64,000 nucleotides of DNA from an uncultured Chloroflexia bacterium (GTDB lineage: Bacteria > Chloroflexota > Limnocylindria > Limnocylindrales > CSP1-4): assembly GCA_963749705.1 (NCBI GenBank), contig CAVVNQ010000015.1, positions 192,001 to 256,000 on the forward strand, read 5' to 3'. Below are positions 20,055-30,754 of the stretch, one piece after another. The notes under the pieces were generated by a model. The model was not told the DNA's origin and searched no databases. It saw only the letters and a list, made by a program, of their open reading frames with translations. A program made the translations under genes and the position numbers. Within the stretch, counting starts at the first letter, position 1; each line of letters begins with the position of its first letter.

Positions 20055-20897
20055 ATGCGGCTCATCGACGCCCACGGCCACCTCAACGCGGACCGGTTCA
20101 CCGACGATGTCGACCGGGTGCTCGACGACGCCCGGTCGGCCGGCCTGGAGCGGATCCTCGTCCCGGGCTGGAACGTCGCGTCGTCCGAGCGGGCCCTGGA
20201 GCTGGTGACTCGCCGGCCGTGGCTGGACGCGGCCGTCGGCATCCACCCGCACGACGCGGCGAAGGTCGATGCCGCCGGCTGGGCGGACGTCGAGGCCTGG
20301 GCACGGGACGAGCGCGTGGTGGCGATCGGGGAGACCGGGCTGGACTATGACCGGGTGTTCTCGCCGATCGATGTCCAGCTCGAGAACCTGCGTCGCAACC
20401 TGGCCCTCGCGCTCGCCACGGGCAAGCCGGCGATCCTCCATTGCCGGTCGCGGGCCGGCGAGCGCGACGCCCAGGACGCGCTCGTCGCCGAGCTGCGAGC
20501 GGCGGGCTTCGACGGCGAGCCGGCAGCGGCCGCGTTCGGCGCCCGCCCGCCCGCCATCGTCCACAGCTTCTCCGGTCCGGTGGACTATGCGCTGGAGATG
20601 ATCGCGATGGGCCTCGCGGTGAGCTTCTCGGGGCTGGTGTTCCGGCGCGGGGAGGAGCCATCGGCGGAGGTCGTACCGCTGGTACCTCGGGAACGCCTGC
20701 TGGTGGAGACCAATTCGCCGTTCCTGTCGCCGCCGGGCGCGCCGAGGTCGCGGAACGAGCCGCAGCACGTGGCGATCACGGCGCGCTGGGTCGCGAAGCT
20801 CCGTCCCACGACCGAGGACGAGCTGGGCGACGACCTCGTCCGCGCCTACGACCTCGCGTTCGGCGGTCGCCCTGGCCGATCGCGCCGAAGCGCGTAG
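20055..20897 (+). CDS. tatD: TatD family metal-dependent hydrolase/nuclease
   Basis: IDAHGH, GIHPH, AIGETGLD, LHCR, HSFSG and NEP motifs. The canonical ETD reads ETN. Confidence 0.92.
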   Translation: MRLIDAHGHLNADRFTDDVDRVLDDARSAGLERILVPGWNVASSERALELVTRRPWLDAAVGIHPHDAAKVDAAGWADVEAWARDERVVAIGETGLDYDRVFSPIDVQLENLRRNLALALATGKPAILHCRSRAGERDAQDALVAELRAAGFDGEPAAAAFGARPPAIVHSFSGPVDYALEMIAMGLAVSFSGLVFRRGEEPSAEVVPLVPRERLLVETNSPFLSPPGAPRSRNEPQHVAITARWVAKLRPTTEDELGDDLVRAYDLAFGGRPGRSRRSA

Positions 20898-20950
20898 GTC
20901 GCGGTCTCGCGGCCCGGCAGCTTCGAGCGACCTGCCGCTCCGGCGACGCG

Positions 20951-22024
20951 TCAGTCCGGCGCGGGCACCCGGAGCGGCTGGGTGCCCCGCCGCCGGTACA
21001 GGTCGGCGTCGGCGCGCGCCGTGAGCGTCTCGACGGTGTCAGCCGGCTCGAGACGGGCAAGGCCCAGGCTGACCCCGATCCCGGCGCGCTTCAGCAGCGC
21101 TGCACGGATCGCCTCGAAGCGGCGCTCGCCCTCGTCGAGGTCGACCCCGCCCATGGCCGCCACGAACTCGTCACCGCCGTAGCGCATCACCGGGTCGAAC
21201 GAGCGGAGCGTCGCCCGGATCTCGGCAACCACGCTGACCAGGGCGGCATCGCCCGCGGAATGCCCGTCGCGATCGTTGATCCCCTTGAGGTCGTCGACGT
21301 CCACGAAGGCGAGGACCAGGCGACCGTCGCCGCGACGGGCTCGTGCGATCTCGTGGACCAGCGCGAGCCGGCCCATCTCCCGGCGGTACGCCCCGGTCAG
21401 GCCGTCGACGTGGGCGGTGACGAGCGCGGTCGCAAGGGCGTCCCGGAGCCTCGCTGCTTCGGTGCGGTCCCGCGCGGCTCGCTCCCGATCCCTGGCAGCG
21501 GCCTCTCGATCCTGCGCGGCCGCGGTGCGCAGCGCCGCGAGCTCGCTGGCGATCGACGGCCTCAACGTCCCGATCTCGCGTTCGAGCGCGGCGGCCCGCG
21601 CATCGCGCTCGCGCGCGGTTGCGTCGCGCTGGGAGGCCACGAGGTCGCGCCGTGCCGCCGTCTCGTCGCGCTGTGCGGCGGTCCGCCTCCGATCCTCGGA
21701 CGTCAGGGCCCGTTCGCGCGACACCTCGGCGCGCTCGAGGCGCGTCGTCTCGCGCCCGTCACGGAGCGCGTCGGTCCCGGTCGCATCGAGGTCCGCGTTC
21801 ACCTGGTCCAGGTTCGAGAGCTCCTGGTCCCGGGCCGCGCTGGACGCGTCGCGAACGGCGGCGTCATCGTCCGAATCGGCGGCCGTCTGGTCCGAATCGG
21901 CGGCCGTCTGGTCCGAATCGGCCGCCGTCTGATCGGCGTCGGCCGCCGCACGGAGCGAATCGCCGACGGCCCGATCCGTCGGGGCCTCGCGAGCGGTCAC
22001 CGCGCGAGGCCGGGATCGGTCCAC
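20951..22024 (-). CDS. diguanylate cyclase (GGDEF) with a repeat/coiled-coil N-terminus
   Basis: DGLTGAY, DVDDLKGINDRDGHSAGD, RYGGDEF and ARADADLY motifs. The N-terminus has DQTAADS repeats and R/D/A heptads. The start is uncertain (GTG 22024 or 22000). Confidence 0.85.
   Translation of the reverse strand: MDRSRPRAVTAREAPTDRAVGDSLRAAADADQTAADSDQTAADSDQTAADSDDDAAVRDASSAARDQELSNLDQVNADLDATGTDALRDGRETTRLERAEVSRERALTSEDRRRTAAQRDETAARRDLVASQRDATARERDARAAALEREIGTLRPSIASELAALRTAAAQDREAAARDRERAARDRTEAARLRDALATALVTAHVDGLTGAYRREMGRLALVHEIARARRGDGRLVLAFVDVDDLKGINDRDGHSAGDAALVSVVAEIRATLRSFDPVMRYGGDEFVAAMGGVDLDEGERRFEAIRAALLKRAGIGVSLGLARLEPADTVETLTARADADLYRRRGTQPLRVPAPD
21869..21931. repeat. 3 x 21-bp coding tandem repeat (DQTAADS)
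   Basis: GTCCGAATCGGCGGCCGTCTG twice, plus one near copy. Confidence 0.9.
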
Positions 22025-22283
22025 AGCCAGCGTCGGACGACGCCCTCGGGCGGCCCGGCGTCTGGTGCTCCGATGCTCCGGCAGCACCCCGACCGACCCC
22101 CGCCCGGGTCGCCCGCGGATGGCATCCCCATCGGTCGTCCTCCTGGAGTCGATTGGGGGCACCCAACGCTCGACCGATCCGTTGCGCCTTCCCCCGCCAC
22201 GCGCGTGGCGTGTGTGATTCTCGTGCGGCGGAGGGGGTCGCGTCTGCCATCGACCTGCCATACGTCGCCCTCGATTGCATGAC

Positions 22284-22300
22284 ATGCGACCGAATCGCAT
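22284..22300. promoter_or_regulatory. inverted repeat overlapping the likely -10 of the Crp/Fnr gene
   Basis: ATGCGA-ccgaa-TCGCAT, overlapping CATACT (22298-22303), 15 nt before the ATG. Confidence 0.35.
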
Positions 22301-22315
22301 ACTGCGAGACGAGTC

Positions 22316-23026
22316 ATGAGGGAGCCCCGCAAACGGAACCACCTGCTGGCCGCACTGGGTCACGACGAGGCTCGTCGCGTTGCCAGCCAGCTCACGCCGA
22401 TCACGCTGCCACGGGGTATGGTCGTCGCCCGACCCGGGCAGCCCATCGACTTCGCCTACTTCCCGTTGAGCGGGATGATCTCGGTCGTCGCCCTGATGTC
22501 GGAAGGCCTCGGCGCGGAGGTCGCCACCGTGGGCAACGAGGGAATGATCGGGCTGCCGATCTTCCTGGGTGCCGACAGCTCGCCGTTCCACCTCATGTCC
22601 CAGCTGTCGGGCGAGGCGCTGCGGATCCCCGCCGAGCAGTTCGAGGCGTTGCTGGCGGAGCAGCCACGGCTCGGTGCGCTGGTGCGCACCTATTCACAGG
22701 CCTTCTTCGTCCAGACTGCCCAGAACGCGGCGTGCAACGGGCTTCACTCGGTGGCCCAACGCGGGGCGCGGTGGCTGCTCGCGACGCAGGACCGGGCGGA
22801 GAACGACGCGTTCTTCCTCACCCAGGAGTTCCTGGCGTTCATGCTGGGGGTCGCTCGGCAGAGCGTCGGCACCGCGGTCGCCGACCTCCAGGCGCGCGGG
22901 CTGATCGCGTATCGCCGCGGGAACATGCGCATCCTCGACCGGCCCGGTCTCGAGGGCGCCTCGTGCGAGTGCTACCGGATCGTGCGCACGGAGTTCTCGC
23001 GCCTGCTCGGGATTGCCCGCGCCTGA
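22316..23026 (+). CDS. Crp/Fnr family transcriptional regulator
   Basis: NHLLAAL, YFPLSGMIS, VGNEGMIG, AACNGLH, LTQEFLAFMLGVARQSV HTH and a CECY tail. Confidence 0.9.
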   Translation: MREPRKRNHLLAALGHDEARRVASQLTPITLPRGMVVARPGQPIDFAYFPLSGMISVVALMSEGLGAEVATVGNEGMIGLPIFLGADSSPFHLMSQLSGEALRIPAEQFEALLAEQPRLGALVRTYSQAFFVQTAQNAACNGLHSVAQRGARWLLATQDRAENDAFFLTQEFLAFMLGVARQSVGTAVADLQARGLIAYRRGNMRILDRPGLEGASCECYRIVRTEFSRLLGIARA

Positions 23027-23039
23027 CGGTGCCGGTCGG

Positions 23040-23111
23040 CGTGGCTCGCGGTCTCGTCGTGGCTCGCATCGTCGTCGTGGCTCGCATCGTCGGCGTGGCT
23101 CCCAGCGTCGG
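23040..23111. repeat. 4 x 18-bp imperfect tandem repeat
   Basis: CGTGGCTCGCATCGTCGN-like units start at 23040, 23058, 23076 and 23094. Confidence 0.85.
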
Positions 23112-23296
23112 CCCCCGCTCGGCCGGTTCGGTCAGGCACCGCGTGTGCCGGTGATAGGCGAGGTTCCGCCATCGTCGAGGCGGCTGTCCAGGTCCCGCGA
23201 CGCACGGAATGCGAGCGTGCCGCGCGCCGATCATGGCTGAGACCTGACTACCACCACCCCGCGCGGTGGATGACAGCGAATCGATGGCTGCGCCCG

Positions 23297-23398
23297 GATA
23301 GCACCGCCGGGCGCGGTGGATGGCCGAACCGATAGCACCGCCGGGCGCGGTGGATGGCCGAACCGATAGCACCGCCGGGCGCGGTGGAGGGCTGAACC
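23297..23398. repeat. 3 x 34-bp tandem palindromic repeat (REP-like)
   Basis: GATAGCACCGCCGGGCGCGGTGGATGGCCGAACC occurs as 2 exact copies and 1 copy with 2 mismatches. Each has a CACCGC-N5-GCGGTG stem. A degenerate copy lies at ~23251-23285. Confidence 0.9.
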
Positions 23399-23446
23399 GA
23401 TCCGGCACGGCATCGAGCGCCGGTGAGAGCGGTGCGCGGCGTGCGG

Positions 23447-23475
23447 TTGACAGCCGGAGCGCCCTCGGGTAGTTT
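23447..23475 (+). promoter_or_regulatory. sigma70/SigA promoter of groESL
   Basis: TTGACA (23447-23452), 17-nt spacer, TAGTTT (23470-23475), immediately followed by CIRCE. Confidence 0.8.
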
Positions 23476-23476
23476 G

Positions 23477-23503
23477 TTGGCACTCTCACAGCGAGAGTGC
23501 TAA
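23477..23503. promoter_or_regulatory. CIRCE element (HrcA operator)
   Basis: TTGGCACTC-N9-GAGTGCTAA, one mismatch from TTAGCACTC-N9-GAGTGCTAA. Confidence 0.95.
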
Positions 23504-23708
23504 ACCAGTCGGGACGCGGCCCGTGTGGCCCGGTCGGGACACCCATCACCGGATGTCCCCGGGGTTGCCACACGGTGCGGATCGCGCGGCTGGCCATGCG
23601 CTCGGACGGAGGATCAACGGGTCGTTCGTGGCTTTCCCGCCCGGTCGACCCGATCCACACCACAGGCGATCGACGGCCGGTCCGCGGCCGCCAGAGGAGG
23701 AAGACACC

Positions 23709-25726
<2,018 letters not shown>

Positions 25727-25747
25727 TCCAGTCCCGCAACCACGAAC

Positions 25748-25777
25748 ACGGGCCCGGGTCGCAAGACCCGGGCCCGT
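25748..25777 (+). terminator. groESL terminator hairpin
   Basis: 13-bp perfect stem ACGGGCCCGGGTC with a GCAA tetraloop, 21 nt after the groEL stop. The U tract is weak. Confidence 0.8.
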
Positions 25778-25919
25778 TCGATTCCCGTCGCCGCCCAGGC
25801 GCGGGAGGTCCGGAACCCGTGTCGCCCGGGTCGTTGGCGGGTAATATCGGCCAGCAACCAGACTCAGTGGCGTCCGCGGTTATAGGGGTCTCCTTGGCGT
25901 TCGGCGGGTATCGGCACTC

Positions 25920-27011
25920 GTGGTGAGCTTGCGCGCAGGACGTCGCCTGGACGTTGAGCTGCTGCGCGTCATTGGCTTGGTTGGAGTCATCACGATTCAT
26001 TCGACGGGTTCGTCGATCGGCGCCGGTCCCGCGACTGACTACGGGTTCTCATATTGGCTGGCGCTAAGCGTGAACGCGCTCGCGAGGGTGTCGGTCCCGC
26101 TCTTCCTAGCCGTTGCCGGCTGGGCCCAGCTGTCTCGATCGCCGCAAGCCTCGGAAGGGTATTGGCTTGTGCGACGGCTCCGCCGTCTGATAGTCCCACT
26201 CCTGTTTTGGAGTGCCATCTACCTGCTGGAGGAGATCGGGCTGAGCCTGCGACACGGAGCGCCTCCCTGGCCTGTTGGGGGCCTCGAGCACTGGATCTAC
26301 ATCAAGATGCGCCTGGTCCTGTTCGGCCCCGGCGTCAAGGGTCATCTCTGGTACATGTACTTCCTTGTCCCGATGACCGTGGTGATCTGGCTGGTCCAGG
26401 CAACCAGGAGCGCCGGGGAGCAGCCTCGCGGGCGCAACGCAGTGCATGGCCTTCGATCCCATGCGTCACTGCTGGTCGTCGCCGCCGCGTTTGTGGGCAC
26501 GTTTGGTCTAATCTCGGCCGCCCGCCTGCCGGTGTCGTGGACGGGCTTCGCCTGGACTCTTGGCTATGCGGGGATAGGTTTCGCCATCCTTAGCTCCGGT
26601 CGCCTCAGGGGTAGGGGAATTGCCGTTTGTGTCTTTCTGGCCGCAAGCTTCGCAGTAGCCGTGCTCGGTCGCACCCTCGGGTACAACACGTGGCCGTACT
26701 TCAACCAGAGTCCGATCATCATGATCGGACTGGTCGCGTTGCTTTGGGCGGTTGCCGGCGCGGACCTTCGTCCATGGGCGGAACGGTGGAGGCCTTTGAT
26801 CCTCGCCACAGGCGGGCTTACCTACGGGGCTTATATGGTCCATTTCCTGGTATTGAACGTCGCTCAGATCGTCCTTGCAGGTCTGGATGCAGCTGTCCCT
26901 ATCCCCGGCCCCGCCAAGGTGGTTGGCCTCATCACGGTAACCACGCTTGGTAGCATTGGCATCGCTGCGCTGTGGCATCGGTCGTCTCGACTTGCGGCTG
27001 CCCTCGGCTGA
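25920..27011 (+). CDS. acyltransferase 3 family multi-pass membrane protein
   Basis: R-x-x-A-like N-terminus (ELLRVIG...HST), VPLFLAVAG, RRLRRLIVPLLFW, HLWYM and TYGAYMVH motifs. Many hydrophobic segments and atypical codon usage. Confidence 0.85.
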   Translation: MVSLRAGRRLDVELLRVIGLVGVITIHSTGSSIGAGPATDYGFSYWLALSVNALARVSVPLFLAVAGWAQLSRSPQASEGYWLVRRLRRLIVPLLFWSAIYLLEEIGLSLRHGAPPWPVGGLEHWIYIKMRLVLFGPGVKGHLWYMYFLVPMTVVIWLVQATRSAGEQPRGRNAVHGLRSHASLLVVAAAFVGTFGLISAARLPVSWTGFAWTLGYAGIGFAILSSGRLRGRGIAVCVFLAASFAVAVLGRTLGYNTWPYFNQSPIIMIGLVALLWAVAGADLRPWAERWRPLILATGGLTYGAYMVHFLVLNVAQIVLAGLDAAVPIPGPAKVVGLITVTTLGSIGIAALWHRSSRLAAALG

Positions 27012-27065
27012 TTGGTCTCCGAACGACTCATCTCCGGGATGAGCGACCCAACCTAGAATGGACCG

Positions 27066-29846
27066 GTGAGTCCCACCCCTTCCGGCGAGCAGGCGAAGCG
27101 CCGGCGAACGCGCGCGGCCGAGCCCGACGTCCAGGGGACCTGGCTGGACCTGGGGCCGGAGGACGAGCGTCCCGCGGCGGGCATCACGGGCGGCTCCGGG
27201 CATGCCAGCGCGGCCGTCACCGAGGCTGCCGCGTCGCCGGCGCCGGATGAGCCGGACTGGATGCAGGATCTCCCCCCGGACCCCGAGATCGCGAACGCGG
27301 GCCCGGCGCTCGATCCCGAGGCGGTCGCGGCCGCCATCCAGGCCCGGCGCGCGGCCCGTGCCGAGGAGATCGTGTCCCGGCTCAACCCGGAGCAGGGACG
27401 GGCGGTGACGACGACCGGTGGCCCGATCCTCATCCTCGCGGGTGCCGGCAGCGGCAAGACCCGCGTGATCGCACATCGCATCGCGTACCTGATCGGGGTC
27501 GAGGCGGTCCGCCCGCACCGGATCCTCGCCGTCACGTTCACCAACCGCGCGGCGGGCGAGCTCCGGGAGCGGATCGCGGCGCTCGTGGGCGACGTCGGCA
27601 AGGACGTCGAGGCGGGGACGTTCCACGCCCTGTGCGCCCGCGTGCTGCGGCGGGACGGCGAGGCGATCGGGCTCGACCGGCGGTTCGTGATCTACGACAC
27701 CGACGACCAGCAGCAGCTGATGAAGCGGATCCTGGCCGAGGAGGACCTCCCGGCCACCGGCGAGTTCCGTCCAGCGGCGATCCTGGGCGCGATCAGCCGG
27801 GCCAAGAACGAGATGCTGGACGAGACGTTCCTGGCCCAGAACGCCGTCAACCATCGGGAGCGGGTCATCGCCCGCCTGGCGGCCCGCTACAGGGAGCGCC
27901 TCCGGGCCGCCAACGCGCTCGACTTCGACGACCTGCTGCTCCGGGCGGTCGAGCTGTTCGACCAGGCGCCCCAGGTCCTCGCCAGGTACCAGGCCCGCTG
28001 GAGCTACCTCCACGTCGACGAGTACCAGGACACGAACCGGCCGCAGTACCTGTGGGTTCGCGCCCTCGCCGCGGCGCATCGCAACCTGTGCGTGGTGGGC
28101 GACGACGACCAGTCGATCTACGGCTGGCGGGGGGCGAACGTCCAGAACATCCTCGACTTCGAGCGCGACTATCCGGACGCGACCGTCGTCAAGCTGGAGC
28201 AGAACTACCGCTCGACGCAGCTGATCCTCGATGCCGCCCACGCGGTCGTGTCGCGCAACGAGCGGCGGACGGACAAGAAGCTGTGGACGCAGAACCAGGG
28301 CGGCGTCCCGATCCAGCGCTTCGAGGCCTTCAACGAGGAGGAGGAGGCGGAGTGGATCGCCCGTCAGATCGAGGGGCTGGTCGGCGGCCGGGGATCGTTG
28401 CTGACGCGCCGGGCCGATGACGACGAGTCGGGGCGCACCCGGCCAAAGGACGTCGCCGTGATGTACCGGATGAACGCCCAGTCCCGAGCGATCGAGGAGG
28501 CGTTCCTCCGATACGGGCTGCGGTACCAGCTGGTGGGTGGCACGCGGTTCTACCAGCGGCGCGAGGTCAAGGACGCCCTCGCCTACCTGCGGGTGCTTCG
28601 CTCGGACACCGATGCGGTGTCGTTCGAGCGCATCATCAACGTCCCCGCCCGGGGGATCGGCGACCGATCGGTGGAGGCCCTGCGACGCTGGGCGGGCAAG
28701 CACGACGACGATGTCTGGGCGGCCGTCGAGGCGGCTGCGACGGGCCAGGTCGACGGGATCGGAGCGCGGATCCGGACGTCGATCGGCGAGTTCGCGGCGC
28801 TGGTCCGACGGCTCCGCAAGCGGATCGGGGTGCTGCCGCTGCCGGAGCTGCTCGACGAGGTGCTCGAGGCCTCGGGCTACCGGGCGATGCTCGCGGACGG
28901 CTCCGAGGAGGGCGAGGACCGCTGGGCGAACCTGCTCGAGCTGCGCCAGGTCTCCACCCGCTACGACGACCTGTCGCCCGACGACGCGCTCGACCGGCTG
29001 CTCGAGGAGACCGCGCTGGTCGCCGACCAGGACAGCTACGAGGGCGAGGCCGATGCGGTGACGCTCATCACCCTCCACGCCGCCAAGGGTCTCGAGTTCC
29101 CGGTCGTGTTCATCGCCGGCCTCGAAGAGGGCGTGTTCCCGCACAACCGCGCGCTCGATGACGAGAAGGAGCTCGAGGAGGAGCGCCGGCTCGCCTACGT
29201 CGGGATCACGCGCGCCAAGCGCCGCCTGTTCCTGTCGCACGCCTGGCGACGCGCGACCTGGGGCGGGGGCGGGATGAGCATCCCGTCGCGGTTCCTGCTC
29301 GAGATCCCGTCCGAGCTGATGGTCGGGCCGCAGCTCCACGGGACCGGCGACATGGGAGCGGACATCGATCCGGACCTCGTGTTCCGCGAGCGCGGGTCGC
29401 GGTTCGGGGCCGGGATCCGCGCCGGTGGGGGAGCGTACCGTCAGGGGAGCGGGCGGCCGGGCGCGCCGCGCGACGGTGAGACGTTCCGGCCCGGCCGCGA
29501 CCTGGGCGCCAAGCGGCAGGCGTTCGCCGCTGGGGCGCCGTCGGGCTCGCTGGGCCGGCTCGGCGGCGGCCTGGCCGACGACGCCACGGCCTGGCACGAC
29601 GAGCCGGCGATCCGTGGCGGTGGCGCGCCACGCGAGCGGGGCGTCATCCCGCCACGCCCGATCGTCCCCGGCGAGCGTCGCTATCGGGACGGCGACCGGA
29701 TCCGCCACGCGCGCTGGGGGGACGGCATCGTGGTGACCTCGAAGCTGACACGGGACGACGAGGAGGTCACGGTCGCGTTCCGGGACCCGCTCGTCGGCCG
29801 CAAGACGATGCTGGCGAGCCTCGCGAACCTCGAGCTGCTCGGGTAG
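27066..29846 (+). CDS. pcrA: ATP-dependent DNA helicase PcrA/UvrD
   Basis: LAGAGSGKT, TFTNRAA, VDEYQDTN, VGDDDQSIY, QNYRST, TLHAAKGLEF and YVGITRA motifs, plus a C-terminal Tudor-like GDRIRHARWGDG domain. Confidence 0.95.
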   Translation: MSPTPSGEQAKRRRTRAAEPDVQGTWLDLGPEDERPAAGITGGSGHASAAVTEAAASPAPDEPDWMQDLPPDPEIANAGPALDPEAVAAAIQARRAARAEEIVSRLNPEQGRAVTTTGGPILILAGAGSGKTRVIAHRIAYLIGVEAVRPHRILAVTFTNRAAGELRERIAALVGDVGKDVEAGTFHALCARVLRRDGEAIGLDRRFVIYDTDDQQQLMKRILAEEDLPATGEFRPAAILGAISRAKNEMLDETFLAQNAVNHRERVIARLAARYRERLRAANALDFDDLLLRAVELFDQAPQVLARYQARWSYLHVDEYQDTNRPQYLWVRALAAAHRNLCVVGDDDQSIYGWRGANVQNILDFERDYPDATVVKLEQNYRSTQLILDAAHAVVSRNERRTDKKLWTQNQGGVPIQRFEAFNEEEEAEWIARQIEGLVGGRGSLLTRRADDDESGRTRPKDVAVMYRMNAQSRAIEEAFLRYGLRYQLVGGTRFYQRREVKDALAYLRVLRSDTDAVSFERIINVPARGIGDRSVEALRRWAGKHDDDVWAAVEAAATGQVDGIGARIRTSIGEFAALVRRLRKRIGVLPLPELLDEVLEASGYRAMLADGSEEGEDRWANLLELRQVSTRYDDLSPDDALDRLLEETALVADQDSYEGEADAVTLITLHAAKGLEFPVVFIAGLEEGVFPHNRALDDEKELEEERRLAYVGITRAKRRLFLSHAWRRATWGGGGMSIPSRFLLEIPSELMVGPQLHGTGDMGADIDPDLVFRERGSRFGAGIRAGGGAYRQGSGRPGAPRDGETFRPGRDLGAKRQAFAAGAPSGSLGRLGGGLADDATAWHDEPAIRGGGAPRERGVIPPRPIVPGERRYRDGDRIRHARWGDGIVVTSKLTRDDEEVTVAFRDPLVGRKTMLASLANLELLG

Positions 29847-30283
29847 CTGAGCGGCCCGAGGGAGGCCGGCCGCACGCCGGTCGCTGCACCGGCGCCCGGC
29901 ACCTTGCCGGATCCGTTCGGCGCGATCAGATCCCCGGTCGCCTCCTCGATCGCCTCGCCACGCGCCTGCTCAGCTCATGTGCATCTGCGGCGCTTGACCG
30001 CGCCGAACTGCCGGGCGGCCGTCCGCGGCATGGCTTGCCGGGCTGGACGCACGCCACGTGATCAGCCTTGACCCCATGCTGGCTGCCGGGTGCTGCGCTG
30101 GGGCGCAGCCGCGGCCGTGTTGAGCTCGAAGTCCGCGGTTTGCACACCAGGCGATCACCGGCGCGATTGGCAAGGCGCGGCTGGCCCCGACGTCGACCCG
30201 GAGGGCTGCGACCGTCGCGACCCGGACCGGGCAAGGCGCGATGCGCCCGCCCTCGCCGAGCGCGCGGCGCGACACGCCGGATC

Positions 30284-30754
30284 TCAGTGCGGCGCGAGGT
30301 GCGGCAGGTGCTCCACGTAGTGCTCGGACGTATCGGAGGCCACGGTCCTGGCGAGCGCCTCGCCGCCGAGCCACGGAAACCGCCCGGGCTCGGCGAGGTC
30401 GGCCTCGGAGGCCTGCTCGACCGCGGCCACGACGCGCCGGTACGCCACCGCCTCGCCATCGCGGACGTCCTCGATCGAGCGTGCCCGGCTCTCGGCGAGC
30501 ACCTTTGCGTTGTGGACGTCGATGTCGAATGGGGCGTCGTCCGTCGGGTACGGCTCACGGCCCGCAAGCAGCGCCTCGACGATTCCCGCGGAGTGCCCCG
30601 TCCACCACTCGATGTGGGCGAGGACGTCCTTGCGCGTCCATCCTGGCATGTCCGGTGCCGCGGCCATCAGGGCGTCATCGTCGAGCGCTGCCACGGCCGC
30701 CTCGATCGCGGCATGGGTCCGGCGGATGTCGTCGAGCAGGGTCAGCTTGTCCAT
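30284..30754 (-). CDS. DinB/DfsB-like four-helix-bundle protein (possible independent leaderless start)
   Basis: ATG 30754 is preceded by TAGGCT plus 7 nt. It has WTRKDVLAH and HxxEH metal-type motifs. Confidence 0.65.
   Translation of the reverse strand: MDKLTLLDDIRRTHAAIEAAVAALDDDALMAAAPDMPGWTRKDVLAHIEWWTGHSAGIVEALLAGREPYPTDDAPFDIDVHNAKVLAESRARSIEDVRDGEAVAYRRVVAAVEQASEADLAEPGRFPWLGGEALARTVASDTSEHYVEHLPHLAPH

Noticed and set aside
22025-22591. N-terminal extension of the GGDEF ORF
   Set aside because: It overlaps the Crp/Fnr gene in antisense and is Arg-rich, non-coding-like sequence.
23297-23398. 34-bp palindromic repeats as a CRISPR array
   Set aside because: The units are head-to-tail with no unique spacers, and there are no cas genes in the window.
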